DNA of 64,000 bases from a virus (Duplodnaviria > Caudoviricetes). Shown here piece by piece: positions 19,269 through 27,744 of this stretch. The position numbers and the translations under genes were made by a program. The stretch spans positions 28,783 through 92,782 of IMG/VR virus record IMGVR_UViG_3300048803_000071, one strand, 5' to 3'. The first letter of the stretch is position 1, and each line of letters opens with the position of its first letter. The notes beneath the pieces are model-generated. The model was not told where the DNA came from and ran no database searches. It saw only the letters and a list, made by a program, of their open reading frames with translations.

Positions 19269-19760
19269 AATTGCAAGTATCAATGAGGCACCCCTTAATA
19301 AGAACCTTAAGCTGTCAGATTTTGCCATATAGTTAAGAGAATCAGCATTTTTCAAGAACTTTGTACTATCTGCCTTAGCCATATAATTAAGAGAATCAGC
19401 ATTTTTTAAGAATCTTACACTATCTGCCTTAGCCATATAATTAAGAGAATCAGCATTTTTTAAGAATCTTACACTATCTGCCTTAGCCATATAATTGAGA
19501 GAATCAGCATTTTTTAAGAATCTTACACTATCTGCCTTAGCCATATAATTGAGAGAATCAGCATTTTTTAAGAATCTTGTACTGTCTGATTTTGGCATTT
19601 TAGTATCCATATCACCCGGAGTTGATAAATCCGAATACCACTTACCATTAACATAAAAAGAATCAAGAGCAATTATTCTTTTTGCTTTATATTCTCTTAC
19701 CTGCGAAAATAGAGGGACCGAAACCAGTAACAATAAAAATAAAAATATGAACTTTTTCAT
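18990..19760 (-). CDS. Sec-exported fibre-like protein with tandem O-glycosylation sequon repeats
   Basis: Signal MKKFIFLFLLLLVSVPLFS-Q; 5 x KNADSLNYMAKADS(V/T/L)RFL-type units; C-terminal VKKID..IDG..Q.QS..W fibre-type domain. Confidence 0.75.
   Translation of the reverse strand: MKKFIFLFLLLLVSVPLFSQVREYKAKRIIALDSFYVNGKWYSDLSTPGDMDTKMPKSDSTRFLKNADSLNYMAKADSVRFLKNADSLNYMAKADSVRFLKNADSLNYMAKADSVRFLKNADSLNYMAKADSTKFLKNADSLNYMAKSDSLRFLLRGASLILAIDSIGANKSDTIYSGRNTMLVNCDASNNDTVYLANIGITNGFECTVKKIDANATYVVVKAKGGLLIDGASEEKWNTQWQSKTFIYKNFQWYIK
19300..19598. repeat. 54-bp coding tandem repeat, about 5.5 copies
   Basis: Repeating gagaatcagcattttttaagaatcttacactatctgccttagccatataatt, in frame (18 aa). 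Confidence 0.95.
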
Positions 19761-19791
19761 TATAGATTTTTTATTTATAAGTTATTAAAAT

Positions 19792-20115
19792 TTAATTTGT
19801 AATTTCATCTTCAGTTATCTTTCTTAATTCTTCATCTTCTGCCCTTCTTCTTCCCCACTCTTTCTCGAAAGATGCATTTAATGCTTTACCAAATTCAGCA
19901 TAATCACCTTCCATTGTTCTAAATGCGACGATTAAAACATCGAATTTTGTTTGATATAATTTATTTTTAGCTATAACTCTTGCTGTAAACTTCTCATCTT
20001 TTCTTATTTTCCGTATTAAAAGAAAAGTAAACATGGAAAAAATAAAAGATATAAAACCTCCTACTGCGTATAATACAACTATACCTATGGATAATGTTGA
20101 TTCAGAATCTGGCAT
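19792..20115 (-). CDS. putative holin-like membrane protein
   Basis: One N-terminal TM helix followed by a basic stretch and charged tail; near the endolysin. Confidence 0.45.
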   Translation of the reverse strand: MPDSESTLSIGIVVLYAVGGFISFIFSMFTFLLIRKIRKDEKFTARVIAKNKLYQTKFDVLIVAFRTMEGDYAEFGKALNASFEKEWGRRRAEDEELRKITEDEITN

Positions 20116-20716
20116 GTAATAATCTGTTTATATGATGTCTTAAAATAATTGAAATAATTACAAAGATAGTTAAAGTATTAGGTGCTACTCCGGAAGAAAT
20201 ATTTTTGATATACCAAAATAAAATAGATACATTCAAAAAATGACCTATTAAACCTATAATGGATAAAAACATTAAACTGTATATTAAAACTCTGGCTAAA
20301 ACATATTTATCATCTCTGCGAAAAGCTATTAAAAAACTAACAGTTATCAAAATTAGAAATCCTAAGGTTGTCCCGAAAGAACTTGGTGTTTTACCGTCCC
20401 ATACTACAGTCGCTTCTGAATTATCTATTATTGAAACTATCCGTAAAAAATAAGAACTAACTATTAAGAATAATACCATAGTATTCAATCCTGTCACTAT
20501 TGCTAACTTCCAAGTAGGTAATTCAATATTATCATCTATGATTAATATCCAGGTTATCCCGAATAAAATCAAAGATACAGAAGTATTAAATTTCATTGAA
20601 ACTTCTGTTATATGAAATGTCGTATAAAAATCATAACCCAATAACCAAGAAACTGTTACTATTAAACCAAAAATAATAAGTAACATTCCTATTCCATATT
20701 TTATAAATTTAATCAT
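20102..20716 (-). CDS. polytopic membrane protein resembling a signalling-protein membrane sensor domain
   Basis: About 6 TM helices; MKFNTS and GVAPNT motifs. Confidence 0.5.
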   Translation of the reverse strand: MIKFIKYGIGMLLIIFGLIVTVSWLLGYDFYTTFHITEVSMKFNTSVSLILFGITWILIIDDNIELPTWKLAIVTGLNTMVLFLIVSSYFLRIVSIIDNSEATVVWDGKTPSSFGTTLGFLILITVSFLIAFRRDDKYVLARVLIYSLMFLSIIGLIGHFLNVSILFWYIKNISSGVAPNTLTIFVIISIILRHHINRLLHARF

Positions 20717-20864
20717 AGTAAAAATATATTAATTAATGAAATAATTACCATTGTGCAAAAGATGCTCCCAATATAAAAAGAAATGTTGAAATTATAAAAA
20801 ATATTGCAAACGCTATGCCTATTTTTATTTTTTCCATAATTTTATGCTGTTGCCTTATTTTATA

Positions 20865-21620
20865 TTAAAATTTATACCAGTTGCCGTTTCTGTAGATGTA
20901 ATTATTGCTTTGATATTGTGTGTTGAAAATATCATTGGTTACTCCGTCAATCGTTCCTTTTACTACCACATAATTTACACTCGCATCAATTTTCTTAACA
21001 ATTATTATTGCTCCATTAACCGAAGGAGTATGGAGTATTATTGTATCATTCGCATTAGCAGCGTTAACCAATATCATATAACTATCCGCGGTTGTTGTAG
21101 TGTTTACTGCAACACTATCTATTGCCAATGTCAATCCTGTTGTTATAATATTTGATGAAAAAGTATTTAATCCTGTCCAAATATTATTAAGAAGCAAGAG
21201 ATTTCTCCCGAGGGGAGAAAGGACGCCGGAATTTCTTTCGATCCGGATAACTGCCTTTCTCCCTCCTTTTAGAGAGTTTTTAAGTCTTGCAATATATTTT
21301 GTTGTTCCAACATTCAGAATGGAATAACTCTTTGAGGAGCTTGTGAGTGAACCAGCGGATAGAACAAACATATTATAGATTTGTCTATCTCCTTGCTCCA
21401 CTCCAAATAGAAGTATTTCCCTGTATGGATTCGAGAGAACTGCAACTACCTCTATACTGTCATTAGTCCCGGTCAATGCTGTAATTGTAAGTACGAAATT
21501 ATCGCTTACATTTACGCTTGTCAGGTTGACTGAGGTATGGACCGAATCCAATATTATTTCTTGTTGGGGATAGCAAAATGTTGCTACACTTAAAAACAAA
21601 ATTAAGAGTAAAGTTCTCAT
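20865..21620 (-). CDS. Sec-exported fibre-like protein, sequon-rich
   Basis: Likely start MRTLLLILFLSVATFCYP-QQ (ATG 21620; track starts at 21662); DSV, DSI, DSV, DTI; divergent copy of the same C-terminal VKKID..IDG..QYQS..W domain. Confidence 0.7.
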   Translation of the reverse strand: MRTLLLILFLSVATFCYPQQEIILDSVHTSVNLTSVNVSDNFVLTITALTGTNDSIEVVAVLSNPYREILLFGVEQGDRQIYNMFVLSAGSLTSSSKSYSILNVGTTKYIARLKNSLKGGRKAVIRIERNSGVLSPLGRNLLLLNNIWTGLNTFSSNIITTGLTLAIDSVAVNTTTTADSYMILVNAANANDTIILHTPSVNGAIIIVKKIDASVNYVVVKGTIDGVTNDIFNTQYQSNNYIYRNGNWYKF

Positions 21621-21672
21621 TAATTTATTTTTATATTTCGGAAAAAACATAGTCTTTTTCATTAATAAATTT

Positions 21673-22308
21673 TTAATTATTCATAATTTCTTCACAGAAC
21701 TCAATTGTCAGGTCAATTATTTTTTGTTTATTCTCAGGATTGCAAAGCCATATTACTGAGTCAAGATTATCTTGAAATCTGAATTCAATAAGAATTGCCG
21801 GAGGTTTGCAAAGCAGGACTGCAAAATCGCTTTCGTAGTCGATATCACCATCACTATAATCACCCTTAACGGGACAATCGGGTAACTCTTCTTCATACTT
21901 TTCCATATAATTAGTAGCATAAGCATCTGCTCTTGTTTTACCTCTTGTCGTCCATATAGTTACAAAATCTGCTGAATGAAACTTGTCATCTTTATTTGCT
22001 GCGTTCGTATGGAATGACATAAGTAATGCGTCATCGTAAGATTTCGCAATCTGATTAGCAACCCTCACCCTCACAGATAATCCGGGCTCGGTTTCTCCTG
22101 TAACCGTAAGACCTACAGGAATATTCCTTGCCTTCAGTCCCTGATATACACCTGCTACTATCTGATCAGACCATGCATATTCCCGGAATCGGTTATCAAT
22201 GATTTCCGGTTGATCTAAAAACGGAAAGTCATCGGGTAGTACCGGACTTCTTTTTCCCGTAACATTTTCGCCGTGTGCCCTGTCAAGAATAAATACAAAG
22301 TCTTTCAT
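21673..22308 (-). CDS. N-acetylmuramoyl-L-alanine amidase (Amidase_3) endolysin
   Basis: ILDRAHG, E, SFHTNA and ILIE..FQDN zinc-amidase motifs. Confidence 0.9.
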   Translation of the reverse strand: MKDFVFILDRAHGENVTGKRSPVLPDDFPFLDQPEIIDNRFREYAWSDQIVAGVYQGLKARNIPVGLTVTGETEPGLSVRVRVANQIAKSYDDALLMSFHTNAANKDDKFHSADFVTIWTTRGKTRADAYATNYMEKYEEELPDCPVKGDYSDGDIDYESDFAVLLCKPPAILIEFRFQDNLDSVIWLCNPENKQKIIDLTIEFCEEIMNN

Positions 22309-22486
22309 TTTATATTATAGTTAAGTATTGTTGATAAAAATTTTCTACTTCTGCTGTTCTGTCTTCTGGATCTAAAACAAATTTACCGTTTTCTTCGATT
22401 GGTTCTTTCTTTATAATACAATCCATTGCTGATTGATTGTTCACCCAATGAATGAATGTTTTTATTTCTTCTAATGTGTTAAATTC

Positions 22487-22785
22487 CATTTTAATTTTCC
22501 TTTATTTTATTTGATATACCATTGAAAATTTTTGTAAATAAAAGTTCTTGATTGCCATTGATTATTCCACTTATCATCAGATGCTCCGTCTATTGTTAAT
22601 CCGCCTTTTGCTTTTACAACTACGTATGTTGCATTTGCATCAATTTTTTTCACTGTACATTCAAAACCGTTTGTTATTCCTATATTAGCTAAATAAACAG
22701 TATCATTATTTGAGGCGTCACAATTCACAAGCATTGTGTTTCTGCCTGCATATATTGTATCTGATGTTGAAGCACCTATTGAATC
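22487..22785. repeat. ~300 bp direct repeat, copy 2
   Basis: Matches 18971-19268. Confidence 0.9.
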
Positions 22786-23241
22786 TATACCAAGTGTTAA
22801 AGATGCAGTGAAAATATTTCTCCAAAATAAAGCAGATGTTCCTAAATCATAAATTTTATTTAGAATAGGATTTACCAATGATAAATTAAATCTGGACACT
22901 CCGCTTATACTTGAATCAGTTCCGTTCAAATATATACTGCCTACGTTAAGCCTACTCAACCCGCTTATACTTGAATCAATTCCGTTAAGATATATACTGC
23001 CTGCTTTAAAACTTCCTGCTGAATCTATATAATTCATTACAACCGTATCAATAATAACTTTGTTGAATGTATTTATACCTAACCAAACATTGCCTCCACG
23101 AAGGTCTGGTAAAACAGTAAACCAAATTCCGCCAACTTGAACTGAATCCCCTACAATTAAAACCTGTATTGTTTGTTTTCTTATCTGTGCATTTAAACTT
23201 AAAGAAATCAATAAAAATATAATTAAAAATAATTTTTTCAT
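22507..23241 (-). CDS. Sec-exported fibre-like protein, sequon-rich
   Basis: Signal MKKLFLIIFLLISLSLNA-Q; DSV, DTV, DSA, DSI, DTI, DTV plus 2 x DSS in a 60-bp repeat; C-terminal domain nearly identical to 18990..19760. Confidence 0.75.
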   Translation of the reverse strand: MKKLFLIIFLLISLSLNAQIRKQTIQVLIVGDSVQVGGIWFTVLPDLRGGNVWLGINTFNKVIIDTVVMNYIDSAGSFKAGSIYLNGIDSSISGLSRLNVGSIYLNGTDSSISGVSRFNLSLVNPILNKIYDLGTSALFWRNIFTASLTLGIDSIGASTSDTIYAGRNTMLVNCDASNNDTVYLANIGITNGFECTVKKIDANATYVVVKAKGGLTIDGASDDKWNNQWQSRTFIYKNFQWYIK

Positions 23242-23246
23242 ATTCG

Positions 23247-26054
23247 CTATATTAAAGTTATTGTTTTTCCTGTTACTGATGTTCCGCTGCAGCTTAATTT
23301 TAATAAATCCCCTGCTTTGATTGTAAAGGGTAAAGTAGGTTGAGTAAAAGTAGCGCCTTCATCTTCACTTAAATAAATAACAACTGTGCCTTGCCCAAAT
23401 TCAAGCATCTCTTTTATTAATCTTTCGTTTGGTGCGATATAATATTTATCTTGGTCTCCCTCAAACATCATATAAAACAAAGGTTCTGCTTTATCTACTA
23501 CTCCATTTACCGCATATGTACCATTTCCTGTAAAATGTATAGTTGAAATAGGTTTCGCATCAAAAGTATTTAATCCTTTCAAATTGATTGTTGCTGGTAA
23601 TTGAGTAAATCCTGATAAGGCATAATTACACCCCATTATCACAGGAGTAAATCCTGTTAATCTATTGGTTTTATCCCATGCTTCTAAATCACAATTCTCC
23701 AATGTTAAATATTGAGTATTCCAAAAAACTTCACCTTCTGCCCAGTCCGACCTCATCATCAATACATTGCCTTGCCTTGATTTTAATGCAGTGTTCTTTA
23801 TATATACTTTATTTGGGTAATAAGTATTCATCTGAACAGCACACCAATTATATTTGTTTTCTGCAATATCAACTTCCAAAAATAAATCACAACCACCTAC
23901 TGACACAGGACATTCTCCATCAACTTCTATTTTTCTTCCTTTATAAATAATATATCCCATATCAGAACCTAACCCCGTAGCTCCATTATATCTTCCTCTA
24001 TTAAAAATCATCTCATCAACTTCAAAAATTGACGTTGTACCAGTGTTTGCTTGATTAGATATTTGAGCAATAATACCTACTCTATAATCGTCGTTGTTAG
24101 CAGTTGAAATCAATCTTCTCACCTTAAAATGCATAATATTATCTCTATGACTTATACAATGTCCTACATTATTAACAATTATTTCATCTCCTTCATAAGT
24201 CCCATGACATCTTGTAATTAAACCTGTTGAGCCTGTGTCCGGTAATCCTTTAGTTCCCGTTTCAATACTTCTTACCTTCCCTTCAAATCTCCCGTATAAA
24301 CTCCATAACAATATTCCGCAATTTCTTCTACTCAATACTTTGTTACAGTTTAATTTAAGATTTGCGCAAACTACATATAACGCTGGGTCTCCGTTATTGG
24401 GGGTATTATTTGGACCTAATTGGTCTATACTATCAAATTCAAGTTCTATATTTGGTCCTCCATATATAGGTATCCATTGCCTGCCATCAAATCTTTTCAT
24501 TAGATAATATCCATAAGTAAATAAATTATCTCCTACCTTATAAATGTATACATTAGAATAAGCAGTAGTTACACTTATTCCTTTGTTAACACATTCCCAA
24601 TGTTGTTCAGTTGTATTGGTATTTGCACTTTGTAACCTAAACACACCATATTTACTTATGCTTAAAAATACATCTTCATAATTATTATCGTTGTAAGTTT
24701 CAGCATTAGAAATTGCAACTAAACTACTACAAGTTAAAGAAGTTAATGATATCTCAAACGGAATTTCTTCCCATACTGTTGATACCTCTAATACCCATCT
24801 ATAAACTTTATGTTCTGTTGAATTAAAAATATAAACCGTATTTTTAGGTGGGTCAGAAACAAATAACTTTGTACTTACTGTTAAATGAGATATTGTATCC
24901 CCCTCAATCCCGCTATCCATAAGAGTCCATGTAGTAACACTTCCTCCACTGCTTTCAACTCCTCTATATATTTTCCCATCTGCTAAAGCAATTACATCTA
25001 CTCCCACAGTAAATAATTTTGACACAACTGTAAAAGCACCATCACTTTCAAAAGGTTCGGTATATCCTCCTCTTGTTACATATAAACCATTATTTGTTCC
25101 TATATATACATTTTGATTTGCCGAGGTATAAGCCCCACAATTTAAACTAGCTGAAGGAAGACCAACAGAATTTTCAATCCAAGTTTTTCCGTTATCTTCA
25201 CTGTAATAAAATTTATAAATGCTGTTATATGATTTATACCCCAATACTAAATTTGAATCATCTTTATAAAAACTTTGCAAGAAATATGGAACAGAGTATT
25301 CAGTTGCTCTTGCAAAATTCATTCCATCCTGACTTTCATAATAAGGATGAGGGTCAGTATTAGCGTAGTTAGAACTTGGGAATAAAACTAAACCTCCGTT
25401 TAAATCGATGCCTTTGTCATAATATAAATTTGAAAAATCCGAAGTTTTCCCCGTTAAAAATATCCCGCTTGTTGTCCCCGGCTCTGTGTCTGTTATGAAC
25501 TTTCCATTACCTGTCAGTTTAAAATTTGTTAGATTCGTTCCATATAGAGGTTTAGAATTAGTCAAAGGATGAATAACAACACCATCCTCTAAATGTAAAT
25601 GAATTCCGTCTCTTACAACTAATGCTTCATTGTAAGTTCCTTTTTTTACGTAGATTATTACATTATCGGGGGCTTTATCTATATAATCCTGAATTGTTTG
25701 CCCCGGATATACAACAATATCATTCCTACCGTCACCAAATCTTCTTGTTATCCACCCGGGTCTTGGAGTAATTCCATCATCACATAAATTCATAGTATAA
25801 TCATACTCTATGTAATCATTAGGATATAATTCTGAATATACTTGATTAGAAATAATATTATTAGAAAGTGCTAAACAAATTATTGGTTCTACCGGTCCTG
25901 CACCGTTTCTTTGATAATCTGTGATTCTATAATAGTAACCGGCTGAAAGTGATTCACTATTTATGGCAGTTATTAACTGAGCGTATGTTAAATCGATTAA
26001 CATAATACATACGTTTTGATTGGACATTTCACCTCCGAATTTAACTGTTATCAT
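23247..26054 (-). CDS. tail spike/receptor-binding protein (beta-helix with BNR-like propeller insert)
   Basis: N-terminal YRITDY anchor; TIQ..ID...IYVKKGTYNE pectin-lyase-like start; YSEDNGKTW Asp-box. Confidence 0.65.
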   Translation of the reverse strand: MITVKFGGEMSNQNVCIMLIDLTYAQLITAINSESLSAGYYYRITDYQRNGAGPVEPIICLALSNNIISNQVYSELYPNDYIEYDYTMNLCDDGITPRPGWITRRFGDGRNDIVVYPGQTIQDYIDKAPDNVIIYVKKGTYNEALVVRDGIHLHLEDGVVIHPLTNSKPLYGTNLTNFKLTGNGKFITDTEPGTTSGIFLTGKTSDFSNLYYDKGIDLNGGLVLFPSSNYANTDPHPYYESQDGMNFARATEYSVPYFLQSFYKDDSNLVLGYKSYNSIYKFYYSEDNGKTWIENSVGLPSASLNCGAYTSANQNVYIGTNNGLYVTRGGYTEPFESDGAFTVVSKLFTVGVDVIALADGKIYRGVESSGGSVTTWTLMDSGIEGDTISHLTVSTKLFVSDPPKNTVYIFNSTEHKVYRWVLEVSTVWEEIPFEISLTSLTCSSLVAISNAETYNDNNYEDVFLSISKYGVFRLQSANTNTTEQHWECVNKGISVTTAYSNVYIYKVGDNLFTYGYYLMKRFDGRQWIPIYGGPNIELEFDSIDQLGPNNTPNNGDPALYVVCANLKLNCNKVLSRRNCGILLWSLYGRFEGKVRSIETGTKGLPDTGSTGLITRCHGTYEGDEIIVNNVGHCISHRDNIMHFKVRRLISTANNDDYRVGIIAQISNQANTGTTSIFEVDEMIFNRGRYNGATGLGSDMGYIIYKGRKIEVDGECPVSVGGCDLFLEVDIAENKYNWCAVQMNTYYPNKVYIKNTALKSRQGNVLMMRSDWAEGEVFWNTQYLTLENCDLEAWDKTNRLTGFTPVIMGCNYALSGFTQLPATINLKGLNTFDAKPISTIHFTGNGTYAVNGVVDKAEPLFYMMFEGDQDKYYIAPNERLIKEMLEFGQGTVVIYLSEDEGATFTQPTLPFTIKAGDLLKLSCSGTSVTGKTITLI

Positions 26055-26090
26055 TATTTATTCTGTAATTCAGGTCTAATTTGATTTTAT

Positions 26091-26420
26091 TCATATTATT
26101 CTCAACACTTCGTCCGCCACGCCTTTTGCAAACACTCTATATGCCTGATATTCTGTGTATTCTGACTGATGCTCAGTATTGCCATCATCCTTATTATATA
26201 GGAGTGCGAGTTGTCTTCCTGTGGGATATTTATCAAGCAATATTGCCTCGATAATTTCCGACCTTGTGGGTTGGGTTGATACTTTTACCTGTTCGTATTC
26301 AAATCCTTCTTCCGTTACACTTATTCGTTTTTTCGTATATGGAGCAATGTCAAAGTTAATTAACAAGCCGCCTTGTAATTTTTGTAAAGCTTCAGGTCTG
26401 GTATTCGATTGTACTTTCAT
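26091..26420 (-). CDS. small helical protein overlapping RT 3' end (fibre-associated or DGR accessory)
   Basis: 109 aa; overlaps RT by 29 bp; EY..YQAYR..AK..A C-terminus. Confidence 0.55.
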   Translation of the reverse strand: MKVQSNTRPEALQKLQGGLLINFDIAPYTKKRISVTEEGFEYEQVKVSTQPTRSEIIEAILLDKYPTGRQLALLYNKDDGNTEHQSEYTEYQAYRVFAKGVADEVLRII

Positions 26421-27429
26421 TTTTTATGTGGTTTAATATTTGTAAAATTTCGTCTGTTATGTATTTATTCCATAAAGCATGTCTGATTGGTTTTATCCAT
26501 CCCCAATAACTTGCTACGCCGTTTAGTATTTGTTCCCTTGTCATATACCGCCAGTTTTTCTTAACAATCAGTATCTTTTGCTTAAATCTTTTTGCGATGT
26601 TGCCTCTCAGTAATGTTATCCCTTTGAAGAATCTGTATCCGCAGAAGTCGAGACCTCGCGCCTCTAAGGGGAATATCTGATAATTAGACTTTAATGATAA
26701 AATTAATTTACTTTGTAGATAAGTTCTTATTGCTCTTAATAGTCGGTGTAGTTTTTTCTTGAAATTACTTAACACTACTATATCATCGCAGTATCTGAAA
26801 TAATGCTTTATTTTCTGCGTTCCTTTTACCCAATGGTCAAAATATGCCAGATATAAATTGCCGAAATATTGAGATAGATAATTCCCAATTGGCATTCCTT
26901 TTGCGGAGAATACTATTTCGCGGAGTAAAAACAGTGTTTGGCGGCATTTTATTTTTTTCTTTAAAATTTGCATTAAGATAGTATTGTTTATTGACGGGTA
27001 ATATTTTTTTATGTCCAGTTTCAAACAATATTTTGCTTTACCTGTCCTTACCGCCCTTTGCACTCTCCTTCTCGCATCCGATACGCCTCGACCTTTGATG
27101 CTTTGATATGTATCTCGAATTAAAGTTTTCTTCCAAATCGGTTCTAATATCTGCATTATTGCATGGTGTAATATCCTGTCGGGAAAATACGGTAACCTGT
27201 AAATCGTTCTTTTTTTCCCTTTATCCATCTTATCAGATATTTTATATTTGCTGTTTTTAAAAGTTTGTGTGATAAGAGTGTTTTGAAGCTGAGTTAAATA
27301 TTCATCCGGATTTTTATCGATTCTCTTAACTTCAGCGTAATGCGTTTTACCTTTCCTTGCATTTGAATGTGCAAGTCTAAGGTTATTAATGTCGTAAATT
27401 TTATGATATAAGTTGCCGTATCGTTTCAA
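26392..27429 (-). CDS. DGR reverse transcriptase
   Basis: GMPIGNYLSQ and YFRYCDD motifs; 345 aa with no maturase or endonuclease domain; TTG start with AAGGAG upstream; adjacent TR/VR pair. Confidence 0.95.
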   Translation of the reverse strand: MKRYGNLYHKIYDINNLRLAHSNARKGKTHYAEVKRIDKNPDEYLTQLQNTLITQTFKNSKYKISDKMDKGKKRTIYRLPYFPDRILHHAIMQILEPIWKKTLIRDTYQSIKGRGVSDARRRVQRAVRTGKAKYCLKLDIKKYYPSINNTILMQILKKKIKCRQTLFLLREIVFSAKGMPIGNYLSQYFGNLYLAYFDHWVKGTQKIKHYFRYCDDIVVLSNFKKKLHRLLRAIRTYLQSKLILSLKSNYQIFPLEARGLDFCGYRFFKGITLLRGNIAKRFKQKILIVKKNWRYMTREQILNGVASYWGWIKPIRHALWNKYITDEILQILNHIKNESTIEYQT

Positions 27430-27560
27430 GCCGCTGCTCCTTGCCTGTTTTTCGTTCCAGAATCTTCGCTTTCGCTACCAATACTTTGTGGAACTCTACC
27501 CGCTCTTTCGAGCTGGCATAATGTTTTACCAAGAGGTAAGGTTATATAACGCTGTTTGTA
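27430..27560 (-). ncRNA. DGR spacer RNA region downstream of TR
   Basis: Minus-strand hairpins TTACC-TCTT-GGTAA and GCTC-GAAA-GAGC between TR and RT. Confidence 0.6.
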
Positions 27561-27680
27561 ACAGGATAGACGACACCCAATATTCTGATTCGCATTACCA
27601 GAATCATTATTCAGATTCCAATAGAAAGCACCAGCATTCGTACCATTATTCGCATTACCGCCGATTAACGTGACGTGCCT
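27561..27680 (-). repeat. DGR template repeat (TR)
   Basis: Aligns gap-free to 27751-27870 (offset 190); 10 AAT codons; 18 of 21 core mismatches are at TR adenines. Confidence 0.95.
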
Positions 27681-27744
27681 TGCTGCATTATGTAACCCTC
27701 TTACTTTAATCATTTAATTTATTCTATTTATTCAAAAATTTTTT

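Noticed and set aside
19300-19598. CRISPR array
   Set aside because: Contiguous in-frame coding repeats without unique spacers; no cas genes
20865-21620. Lipoprotein or spanin call
   Set aside because: ATFC is a poor lipobox, and the C-terminus is the shared fibre-type domain rather than a spanin
23247-26054. Second DGR target
   Set aside because: No TR-like sequence seen at its 3' end or elsewhere in the window by eye
26392-27429. RT as group II intron, retron or Abi RT
   Set aside because: No maturase domain; SQ motif and an adjacent A-specific TR/VR pair identify a DGR
27426-27713. 95-aa ORF spanning TR as a protein or Avd
   Set aside because: It is TR read in the VR frame plus spacer and has no Avd-like helical character. 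Translation cannot be fully excluded because its TGA overlaps the RT TTG
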